From: Camelus dromedarius | Taxonomy: Eukaryota | Length of the DNA: 64,000 nucleotides | Assembly: GCF_036321535.1 (NCBI RefSeq) | Contig: NC_087459.1 | Span: 28,830,001 to 28,894,000, forward strand | Direction: 5' to 3' | In this document: positions 44,701 to 55,535 of the stretch, in pieces | How positions within the stretch are numbered: the first letter of the stretch is position 1 | Layout of the letters: every line of letters starts with the position of its first letter | Made by a program: the position numbers and the translations under genes | The notes under the pieces: model-generated | What the model was told of the DNA's origin: nothing | The model's input: the letters and a program-made list of their open reading frames with translations, nothing else | The model's database searches: none

Positions 44701-47700
44701 GTTATTTCCCTGCATAAAGATTCGGCCAAATTCATCCACCAGGCCAAGGTGATTGTAGCCAAGAGCACAGAATAGGATCTAGGAGGTAAGGTTGAAAAGG
44801 GAGGTGAGCATCCAGTTGTCTCCAGAAGAACTCAGAGCTCCAGACTCTCCCAACTGCGAACCTACCATCGCCAGCTGATCACTTTCGGTCTTGCCCACTA
44901 GGTCACCCCTCTCCCTGGGTCCCCTGACCCTCCCTGATCAATTATTTGATTCCTGATCATATTTCAGAGTTTCAGTACCTTGCAGTCTCAAAGGCCCCAC
45001 CCCCTCTGGTCTGCCCTGCCNNNNNNNNNNNNNNNNNNNNNNNNNNNNNNNNNNNNNNNNNNNNNNNNNNNNNNNNNNNNNNNNNNNNNNNNNNNNNNNN
45101 NNNNNNNNNNNNNNNNNNNNNNNNNNNNNNNNNNNNNNNNNNNNNNNNNNNNNNNNNNNNNNNNNNNNNNNNNNNNNNNNNNNNNNNNNNNNNNNNNNNN
45201 NNNNNNNNNNNNNNNNNNNNNNNNGGGACAAAAGATGCAAGGTCTGGGGAGCCTCACACCCACTATGCACCAGATATGATGTCTGGGCACCTAAACACAC
45301 CTCTTTACTAGGATGCCCTATGGGTCCACCACAGAGCTGGACCAAGGATAAGGAGGGGTGTCTGTATCTGGAAGGTCTGTCCACAGTTGGGATCTGTGGA
45401 AGAAGGGAGGTGGTTCTTACCCGTGATGTAGAGAGTACTGCTCTGGTTGGAAGCCATGCAGGCCACACGCAGGTGAGGGAGGCAACGGGACACCTTCCTC
45501 AGGGCCAGCTGAACTGTGTAGGAGCGTGGCTGATCCAGCTGGGTTTCATTCACTACCAAAGAGTAGATCTTTCCTTCCTCTGGGGGAGGGGGCGGGGAGG
45601 TAGACAATTGTGCGGGTGAGGGGACCCTCCAATATCTACATTAACTTCCCAAGAAACTCCCTAAGACATAACAGGACAAAACATTCACTGGCCCAGAGTA
45701 GGGTTGGAAGAAAAAGGGTAGAGGTGAAAAAGGGAAGTTCCCTTGACTCCATCCCTTACTACCAAAACTAAATCAGGGAAGTTCTTCAGTGTGAGAGATG
45801 AGTAGAGAGAAAGCCGAGCAGTTGGATGTGACGGAATCCAATTTGAGTGCTGGGAAGGGTGATGTCTAGGGATTTAGGGTCCTGCCTAGCATTAAGAAAT
45901 CTGGAAGGTCTCAGGCTTGGGCATGTGGTCGTCGAGTACAGGGAACACAGAAAGTAGGGGACAGTTTGGGGTATAAAGTGCCTGGCACGAAGGTTGGGGA
46001 GATCAGAATTTAAAATATCAGGTGTTCACTAGAACAATGGTTTCCAAACGATTTTTTGTAGCAGGACTTATGAAACATTATGTGGAATCCTAGGCTAGGA
46101 GACAGACAAAAGCAGAGCTGTTTGGTTTGAGAGCAGGACAAGGTGGCATGTAGAACCCTTGGTGAGAGGCTTCCCTCCTCACCTCCCACAGCAGGTTCTG
46201 AAGAATCTGCAGGAAACAGTTTGCAAACCACTGCTCTAAGCCCTACCTGTGAGGAGCAGCAGAGCCCGTTGGGTCTCCTGACCGACCAGCACAATCTGCT
46301 TGAAGTTCATGGAGTGGTGGAAGGTCATCTTGAAGACCCGCTGCCCACTGGACTGCAGGTAGACCTCCACACAGTCGCAGGCCCGGCTGCCGGTTGTCCC
46401 CGTCACTCCCAGCTGCTCCCGAGTGGCCAACACATAGAGGTATTTCCGGTAAACTGTGTCACATCTTGGGTCTGAGGCAAACTGTAGGAGAAGATGAAGG
46501 TGTCTGGGACCTAGGGACTTGTAGTGGGATGAGGCTGAGGGAGCTGGACCGTCGGGTGGGGGATGATATACTTGGGTCCAGGGCTCGGAAATGAGGACTT
46601 GGTTTCTGGTTCCTGGTATGGGAGGGCGACTGTCCTGAGGGGGACACCTCAGGACTGCTGTGGGCCCTGGGTTCCCGGAGGAGAGGTGGGGTCTCAGCTT
46701 CCAGGGTCCTGATACTCACATCCTTGGCTCCGCGACACAACACAACATAGCGGCAGGCCCGCTTCCACTGGATCTGGCCAAGGGTGGAGGAGACCAGGGC
46801 ATTTTTGAGGAAGAAGAGGGTCCCTGCATAGTCAAGAATGAAGACGTGGTCCTTGGTGGGCAGGAAGCGACGGTAGCCATGGGCTAGCAGGGGGGCTACG
46901 CTCTTGCTGAGACAGCGGCGGCGGCCCCCAAATGCCTGGAAATACAGGCCCTTTGTGTCTGGAAAAGGGAAGGAGAGGGAGGTTTAAGGAGGCGAGAAGG
47001 TGCAGGCAGATGAATCAGAACTTGGGCCAACTGGAGTTCTCAGATCCCATGGGCTTTAGCTCCTCTCCTTCCCCAAGCCTGGGGAACAGACCCCTTCCAA
47101 GGGGCATTTGGGAAGCTTAGACAATACCCAAAATTATACCCCATGCCTGAACTTCAGTTGTTTGCCCCACCTCAGGCCAGGGCCATACACATGCTTCTAA
47201 GTGGGCACTTCTCTGGTCCAAACTTGCATAAGAGACATCAAAGGAAATATCAGAATTCACAAAAAAGCAGAAGGAGGAGTGAAAAGGAATGAAGGGAAAG
47301 GCCAGGAACCCTTCCTCACCCCTTGCTCTGGACCTGCTATCTGGATCTCAATCTCTGATGTGTGAGGTAAAGTTATTGGACAGGTGCTCCCTGGGAAGGG
47401 AGGGAGTTAGAGCATGTTTCTCAACCTGGAGGTGATTTTTGTCCCTCAGGGAACATGTCACAAATGGAGAAGGTGCTAGTGGCCTCTAGTGGGTAGAGGC
47501 CAGGGATGTTGCTAAACATTCTACAATGCAAAGGACAGCCCCTCCCTCCAAAGAATTATTTGGCCCAAAGTTTCAACAGTGACAAGGTTGAAAAATCCTG
47601 GTTTAGAAAAGTGAGAACTCCAGGTCTGGAGAGAGGAGGACGTCTCAAGGTAAGATTTGGAAGAGTTTGAATATGGAGGGAGACTTGGCAGGGATGCGTG

Positions 47701-50473
47701 TGGAGGCTCTGGGTGATATGTCTATCAGAGAGCGGTTCTAGAGACGTGGAGTAAGTCCTTAATGGAGTATGTTTAAATCTAACACATTTCTTGCAGAGAA
47801 AGGGGCCCTGGAAGGTTGGTTGGGAATACTGAGGTCATCGGGCAACTTTAGGGAGCAGGAGGGATCCCAGAATAAGGTAGAACAGAGGCAAAGAGGAGAG
47901 GTTCTGGGGAAGGTGTACAGTTAAGAATGGCAGCTCTCTTCCAGGGCCGGACCCCAGATCCCTGCTCTCGAAGGCGAGGACTGAGCCGGTGACAGATGCG
48001 TCTCCATACGCCCTCGGCATCGCACACTTTGTGGAAGTAGTGGCAGGTCTGGCCGAGAGCCACTACATCTCTGACCGGGAGGAATGAGATGATATGCTCC
48101 ACCTGCGGGGGCGGGAGGGGGAAAGCAGGGGTCATGGGGGCCTGGCCCCCAGTCCTTTATTCTTAACACCAACTCTTGCCAAGGACTCACCAGCTCTGGG
48201 GGAAACAGCTGCACAGAAATAGGGTTTCCTCTCCCCTTCTTCTCTTCACCCCTAGGCTCTGGGCCACACGAAGGGCAGCTGCGCTTCACCTACCCAAGAA
48301 GGGGGCGCATAGGGGTTCCATAAGGGTCATGCCTCTTTCTCCCTTCTGTTAACTACTGTCGCAGGGGCTCATAGCTCTAACTTCTGGCTCTGTGCTGTCA
48401 CATCCTCCCATCTTTCTCTCTAGGTCCATGGGTTACCCCTCCCTGTCTGCCTTGTTCTTTGTCCAACTCCTTCAAATGATCCCTCCCCTGATCTCTTGCT
48501 GCCATCCCTTGCCTTGCCGTCCCCACCCCTCACCCTGAGACCCTCCTCCCGTCCGCACAGCCCGGTGAATTTTTGCAGCTTCCGTCTCCGGCTTCTCCTC
48601 ACCATCCTGACTGCCCCCTCCCTGCTCCAGCCCTCATCTCTCCGGGCCCCTTGGCCCCTCGTACTCAGCTCCCTGGCCCCCGTCCCAGCTGCCTTTCCCA
48701 CACCATGTTCCCTGCCTGGGCTTGGGGGACCTCTGGGGCCCCTCTGCCTCCTAGGCCCCTCCCCCATGGAGTCTGGGGTAGACAAACCTCTGTGACCTCA
48801 CTGCCCAGCCACTGTGACCTATTTTCCCCAACCTTGCCCCGGATTTTCTCTCTCAGCTCCTTGGCTCTACCTCAGTTCTAGCCACCCAGTGGCTTGTGGG
48901 ATATGCATGACAGGAGAAATAAAGTGTGAACAACTTGGTAGATGAGACCTTTACTTTCAGGGAGTAGTAGTAGGTTTTTCCACTTGATGCCCTTTTAGCA
49001 CCAACTCTGTAGAGAAACAGATGAATTCTTCATACCTCAGCAGGCCAGAGCCTCCAGGGGGTTTGTAGCTTGCGGATATAAACTCAAAAAAAAGTATAAA
49101 CTCAGTTTGACAGGTGAGGGGGAAGAATGACTCCATTAATTAGACCATCTATCTCCTGAAAGCATGCACCAGATGAGACTGAAAACAACTGAGCACAAAC
49201 TCTACAGTTTCATGAAACACATCCAAAAACAAACCACTCTCTTGGGACAGTAACATGATTGCATGTAGGAAGAGCAACCTATTAAGGTGGAAGAAAGGGA
49301 TAGATTTACTCTGAAAGCTTAGGGTATCTCCCAGAGTCTAAGCTATTAATGTAGTCTCATGGGGACAGGGGGTGACATGGATGAGAAACAGTAGGAGTTG
49401 GGGCTGTGTCTGTCCACGTAGGGGGCAAAGGATCTTCACCAATCCATCCAAGGAACAGCTGGCTCTTCCAGGAACTCCAACGAATCCAGGCCTGGATAAT
49501 CAGCCCTCAGCTCCACAGTATGACAGACTCATTGATTTACTGTGCTAGCTAACAGACTGTCAACCGTCCAATCAAACTCCCATACTCAGGGGGACTAGTA
49601 AACAGCTAGTTTGGGATACATATGATGGAATTTTAATAATTCAATAAATGTTTAAGGAATATCAACATCTGAGATGTGACTTACGGGAAAGAACCTTCAG
49701 CTGTTTGTGGCTAGGCAACTATTAACCAGTTAAGTGTATTATATTATATTAGGTCTTTTTGCCCCCTAACAGGATGTTAAGATCTCTCAGAGGACTGAAC
49801 AAGTATCGGCAGCTTCCTCTTGTATCTGGGTCCCCTTATCCACCCCATTTCACCTCGGGAGGCGAACAGAAAAAAGCCCATCGCAAAAGCTGATGCAGGG
49901 GGGAGCCTGGCTTTTACTGCGACCTGTCGGTAACTTGCTGTTTGATCTTGACAGCTCATCAACTTCCCTCTGCCTCAGTTTCCTCATTTGTAAAACAGAG
50001 GATTTCTTCTAGATGCGGTGGTCCCTCTAGACTAACCCCCGCCTGGCCCCGCCAGGTCTGATCATCACAGTTGGGGCGGTATTTTCGAGGCTTTCCCCAT
50101 CTCCCGTAACCCTCCCTCCAGGAGTTGAGCTGGGCATCTCCAGTCTCTGAGAAGCCGCCTGTCCGCCCGCCCGGGATCCAGAGACTGTCATGGGGTCCTC
50201 AGCCTCCGCAGCTGGAATGGCGGGTTCCTGCTGCTGCAACGACCCCCCGTGCAGTGGCCTCAGGCGTCGCCTTGCCTCCCTCTCCCCCAATCCCCACGGT
50301 CTCCCTGGCGCCTTCAAAGCTGCCTCGCTCCCTAACAAGTCTAGCTCGCATACACTAATGCAGTCGCCGTACTGCTTCCAGCCGACCCACCGCACCGCGG
50401 TCACATTCTTCACCTCAGTCTCAAAGTTCTAGCTCACCCGCCTCCTTAGCGAAGGGGCCGCCTTCTCGCCCAT
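41730..50473 (-). CDS. FBXO24: F-box protein 24 (F-box plus RCC1-like repeats); 10 exons, ~579 aa; exon 7 not visible (inside N gap)
   Basis: Exons 50473-50438, 48289-48191, 48102-47919, 46958-46720, 46481-46247, 45579-45421, [exon 7 inferred in N-run 45224-45021], 44778-44647, 42575-42405, 42092-41730. F-box LFPPELVEHIISFLPVRDVVALGQTC; RCC1 motif GNNRYGQLG. Confidence 0.95.
43330..44530. mobile_element. Old L1 (43330-43700) and L2 (43900-44530) fragments, FBXO24 intron 8
   Basis: AT-rich L1M 3'-type text followed by pyrimidine-rich L2 text. Confidence 0.5.
45021..45224. other. N-run (204 nt), expected to contain FBXO24 exon 7
   Basis: Unresolved bases; see findings. Confidence 0.95.
46035..46233. 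mobile_element. ~200-bp hAT-Charlie-type MITE
   Basis: Terminal inverted repeats CAATGGTTTCCAAAC / GTTTGCAAACCACTG, flanked by CTAGA/CTCTAA-like target sequence. Confidence 0.6.
47412..47600 (+). mobile_element. MER20 DNA transposon (hAT-Charlie)
   Basis: 'tttctcaacctggaggtgatttttgtccctcaggg...ctagtgggtagaggccagggatgttgctaaacattctacaatgca...ggttgaaaaatcctg', with a small internal deletion relative to the consensus as I recall it. Confidence 0.85.
48534..48767 (-). CDS. FBXO24: Candidate alternative first coding exon of FBXO24 (78 aa, Arg/Gly-rich)
   Basis: ATG at 48767, stop-free for 234 nt to a strong phase-0 donor (CAGG|GTGAGG at 48534/48533), compatible with phase-0 exon 2 (48289). The C-terminal part resembles my recollection of the longer human isoform N-terminus. 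Confidence 0.5.
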
Positions 50474-50989
50474 GCTACTGGTAGGTAGAGCCATCCTTCA
50501 GAGAAGAGGCCAGGCCAGGTTCCCTTTGGAGGATCTAACTGGCCTTTTTGACAGTCATTCGCCTGCATCTGAGTTGCGATTGGCCTTCGTTGGAAAAGGA
50601 CCGGGGCTTGAGTTTCTTGGCCTCAATCCCTTCTAGTTGAGTGCCGGCGTCCCCGCCTCCTGATTGGACTTGATTGGCTTCATCTCCAGTCCCAAGGTTT
50701 GTGATTGGATGCGGTTGCGCGGGGCGGGCCGGCCTGGAGCGTCTGCAGTTGGCGATCGCTCGAGTCTATTCCCCCTCCCTTCTCTCGCCTCACTCCAGCA
50801 CCGCAGTCTCCACCCTCTCGGCAGGTTCTGATTAGTCAGTTCCGACGAGCCTCGAAACCGCGATTGGTCCGCCGAGTCCCTGAGCCCGCTTCCTCCCCCT
50901 AGAAGCGACTACGGCGGCTCCGAGGAGGGGGAGGGGAAAGGAGGGACGGCCAGCCCCGTCAGTCAGGCAGCGGGAGCCGCCGGGAGCGG
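50474..50989. promoter_or_regulatory. FBXO24/LRCH4 head-to-head bidirectional CpG-island promoter
   Basis: Divergent ATGs 517 nt apart; ATTGG at 50579, 50663, 50673, 50704, 50863; GC box GGGGCGGG near 50721. Confidence 0.8.
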
Positions 50990-53900
50990 ATGGCGGCGGC
51001 AGTAGCGGCCCCACTCGCCGCCGGGGGTGAGGAGGCGGCGGCCACGACTTCCGTTCCAGGCTCTCCGGGTCTGCCCGGGAGCCGCAGTGCAGAGCGAGCC
51101 CTAGAAGAGGCCGTGGCCACCGGGACCCTGAACCTGTCTAACCGACGTTTGAAGTACTTCCCCCGGGGCGCGGCCCGGAGCTACGACCTGTCAGACATCA
51201 CCCAGGCTGGTGAGTGCACCCGGCCCCAAGCCCGGCCAGGACCCTTATTTGCATAGTACCGCCCCTTCACTTGTTTCTCTAGGGGCCCGAGAATCTGGCC
51301 CGCCGATTCACCTGGCCGTTGGAGTTCTCGACCCTGGTGATTGGCATAAGTCTGCTACCACCCCCTCCCCACTTTAAGAACTGCTAGACAATGAGCGCAT
51401 TTCTCGTTTGCACGGAACGCCCAGCATCCCTGGCGGAGCGTTGTGAGAAGCCTCCGCCCGCCGCTTCTCTTATTTGCATGTCTGCGCACCTGTAGAATGG
51501 TCCCGCCCCTCACCTGGTTGTCTCATTTGCGTGACCTCTTCAATCTCAGTTCTGATCGGTCCATAAAGCAGCCCCAAAGAACCCCTCTAATGACTCCTTT
51601 CTCTTTCTCCACTTCGTCTCCGACTCATTGCCCTGTTCCACCAAGATACCCAGGCCCCCGCTTCTCATGGATTTGCCCCTGACAACCCCAAGTTTCTGCT
51701 TCCTTTGCTTGTAGTCCCGCCCCCTAAGGTCGCTAGCTCTCTCCTCTCTTCACCCAGCCAGGCCGTGAGAAAGAAGCAGATCTCCCACCTCCCCCAGCTC
51801 TTTTCTCCGTGAGCTCTTCCTCCTATTATCCTTGACCCCTTTATCTGAGACTCCTCCTCCTCCTTGCGTGTGTGAGGTCACTTCGGAGACTATGATCTCA
51901 TAGAGACCCTAGAATTCCCATTTCAGTTTCTGCTTTCCCTAAGGGGAGGGACCTGAGGCAGTTGCTGAAAGGAAGGAAATCTTATCTCCTAGCTAGGAGC
52001 ACTGGGAAGCTAGAGGCGGTCCTACTGTCCTTCCACTCCCCCACCGTCTAATCGTGCGCTATCCACCCTGGTGTCTGTAGATGGTAGGGTGTAGGGGACT
52101 CCACTGTAACAGGTGAGTCAGGCCTCAGCTGCTCAGGAGGCAACCGCTGACCTTGGGTTGGCAGCTGGAGGGGTGGGGATTGGGAGGGGACGGGGGACTG
52201 CATTCCCAAAACTCCACCCCGCCAAGCCCAGGGTGGGACTTGGGGCTGGATGAGAGTGTGTCCCCCTGATGACATTACCCTGGGACTGCATTTCTCCCCT
52301 AGCAGGAGCCTGCTCACCTGCAGACACCCTTGTGGGCACCGCCACATTCTCTTTCCTCTACTAATCTGGGGAGAACCAGTTAACCACTCCACTTGTCTTG
52401 GGTTGCTAGGTAAACTAACTTGCCCACACTATAGCCAGTGAGTTTAGGGAATTGGTGAGCCCCAGGAGCCACTCCTGTCCCTCCCAGTTTCCCCCAGCCG
52501 CCTAACCCCCTACCTCCAGATTGACCTCAGCAGCTGTGTGACACTCGCCGTCTGTTCCCTTTCCCCTCCCCCTTGCTTGTTTTTTGACAAAGACCAAATG
52601 TTATTCTCCTTAGGGCTCTGTCTTTCTCTGTGAGTGGACTCCTGGGGAAAACTACCGAGAACTCCAGGGCCCCTCCCAGCTCCTACCCTCTCCCGCCTCC
52701 TCCCCCAGCATTCCGGCTCAGGGTGCAGCCGGTTCTCCCTGAGCAAGCTTGTGGGGGGGAAGCGGGACAATCCCAGCTTCCTGAGAACCCCTCTCTGCCC
52801 TGCTCTCCACCCAGGAGTCCTCAGTACTTTCAGGGCCCAGGTTCTAGGCTGGTGGGTCTATCTGATCCAGAACGCTCTCCTCTGTCCCCTCTCCCAAAGC
52901 AGGGTGCTTACAGCTTGGGGTGGAAAGGGGAAGTGACAGGAACCCAGTCAGTGTGGCCCGTGCCCTGCTCCCCACACCTCCTTGCCCTTCCCCCGGACAG
53001 ACTCAAAGCTTCAACGCTCTGCTGCCCTAGTCATTTGGAACCCTCCCCTCCTGCTTTCCCAGCTCTTTCCCAATGAGCGCCTTCCTTGCACGGTTTCTGT
53101 GGCGCAGGTCCCTGATATCCCTTGGACTTATTCCTCAGGCCCTGATAGTAGGACAAATCCTGACGGGGGGAGGGGCTGCTCTCACAAAAGAGAAGTGCAG
53201 CTCCTTCTCTCACAGACCACATCCTGTGCCTCCTGTGCGCTGCCTCCTCCAGCCTGGGCTCCCTTCCGCTCCTAGCTTTTGCCCCCCCCCCCCCCCCCGC
53301 CGCTTGCCCCATCGGAACTTACTCTCCACCCTCTTCCTCCACGCGCGTGCCCTTGCGCACACGCTTGTGGCTGCAGAGAAGGCAGGCAGGTGGAGGGTGA
53401 GGGTGGGAGGATGGCCCCTGCCTCCGATCCTCCCACAGCCTCCGGAACTGTCTTCTCCTGTGACAGGTCTCCTGTTGGTGCCCACCAGGGGTGGAGCAGA
53501 GAGGGAGAGGAGGATTCTTGGGGCGTCAGGCTCCAGTCACCCGCCCTGGTACACACAGGGCTCACCAGAGCCAGAACCTGACAGATTGTTTCTACTTCAT
53601 TTCCTGTCACAAGACTCATTTCCTTGGGGGATATACCCCAGTCCTCCCACCTCAGCTTTTGCTTGCCCCTCCCTGGGGGGGCCCTCTCAGAAACTCACCC
53701 AAGTGCTGTGGCCTGGGACTTCCCCTAGCAGCCCCAAGGCCCCTCCCAATGCAGGCTGAGCAGAGGAAACAGAAACCCAGGCTTGGAGAGGTCTAAGCAG
53801 TGCCTCCAGACTGGTGGGAACCCCACGGCCGACTCCTTGCATGGGTATAGCAAGCCACCACTTGAGATAAAGGGATGGCGATAGACTCTGGCCTCCTTCC

Positions 53901-55447
53901 CTCCCTCTGCACTCCTCGCCCATGCCTGAGACCCAGGCTGAGGGGCTGGTCTGAAGTCTGGGTCAGTGAGAGAGGAAGTAGAGGAGGGCTGGTGGCGCTG
54001 CAGGAGGGTGGGAAGGAGACCAGCCCTGAAGAAGAGTGCCCGTGTGGGAGGGGCCTGAGGACTCTCACTCCCACCTCCAGCTTGGTCTGCTTACCTTTCC
54101 CTCCTGGTCTTTGGGAATCTGTAACTTACATAGTCCCCTGGAGCTGGCTTGCTGGTCTCTGGGGTTGGTAAAGAACCACTATGCGGTGTCAGGTCTCTAG
54201 AGTCAGGCTATAATGACCCTTGGTTTCTCCCCTGGGTTGAAAGTAGGTTGAGATTGGGAGACAGGGCCCTAGGAGAGATGGGCTTTCTCGGTCGTCCCCC
54301 TTCAGAAGTTGTCCGTATTTTTACCTTGGGCCGCCCAGCCCATCACCTTCCTGGTTTCTTTGGAGTGCCAACCCTTTCCTATGACCTTTGCCTCCCACCT
54401 CTCCAGGCATCACAGAAGAACAGGAGCAAGAGTTGTAGAATCTAGCCACCCTCGCAGAATAGCCCTTCACTTGTGTGTTTGAAGGTGGTGTTCATGACTC
54501 GTCCCCCCAAGTCTGGGATTCTCCAGCCCAGTGACCCCAAGGCCTTTGCCTTCCCTTTGCCATTCTGGTCATGCTTGGAATGTGCTCCAGTTTACAGAAG
54601 GCTTTCTTCTTGCTCTAGGGAGTCCAGGTTTATAGGTCTGCTGGGGAGGTAGAGGGCTGGGCAACTGGCACTGGGGAAGTTCAAGGTCCTCCTGTCCAGG
54701 GCTGGGCCTATGCAAGCTCTCCGCTGCCACCTGATTCCCCTAGACCTGTCCCGGAACCGGTTCCCCGAGGTGCCNNNNNNNNNNNNNNNNNNNNNNNNNN
54801 NNNNNNNNNNNNNNNNNNNNNNNNNNNNNNNNNNNNNNNNNNNNNNNNNNNNNNNNNNNNNNNNNNNNNNNNNNNNNNNNNNNNNNNNNNNNNNNNNNNN
54901 NNNNNNGGGAGGGTGGGGGCTTGTCCTTCTGGGCCTCTGAGTGACCTCCCCGGTGACCCTGCAAGGAGGGCAACGCTGGGATGCCGTGCCTGGGGAGTGA
55001 GCCCACCTCCTTCCTCCTTCCCACAGCCGAAACCAGCTGTCATCGCTGCCCCCCTACATCTGCCAGCTGCCCCTGCGCGTGCTCATTGTCAGCAACAACA
55101 AACTGGGAGCCCTGCCTCCTGACATTGGCGCCCTGGGAAGCCTGCGACAGCTTGTGAGAATGAGGAGCAGGGCGGGAGGGGGTACTGATGAGCCAGGTGC
55201 TAGGGAGCTTTTGGTGGGGGAGTCAGGGAAAGGCCGAGACCAAAGGGGTGGCTGGGTTCAGGCCACTTCTGATGGTCCTGGTCTTGTGGTTCCTTCCCTG
55301 CTTCTCTCCTCATCCCAGGACGTGAGCAGCAATGAGCTGCAGTCCCTACCCGCAGAGCTGTGCGGCCTCTCTTCCCTGAGGGATCTGAATGTTCGGAGGA
55401 ACCAGCTTAGCACCCTGCCTGATGGTGAGGAAATGAAGAACTAGAGG

Positions 55448-55535
<88 letters not shown>

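Noticed and set aside
53073-53759. 228-aa ORF in LRCH4 intron 1
   Set aside because: Runs through a poly-C tract and is Pro-rich with no domain. I recall a human annotation called ZASP in the LRCH4 region but not its sequence, so I cannot assign it; a tBLASTn of ZASP against this window would settle it.
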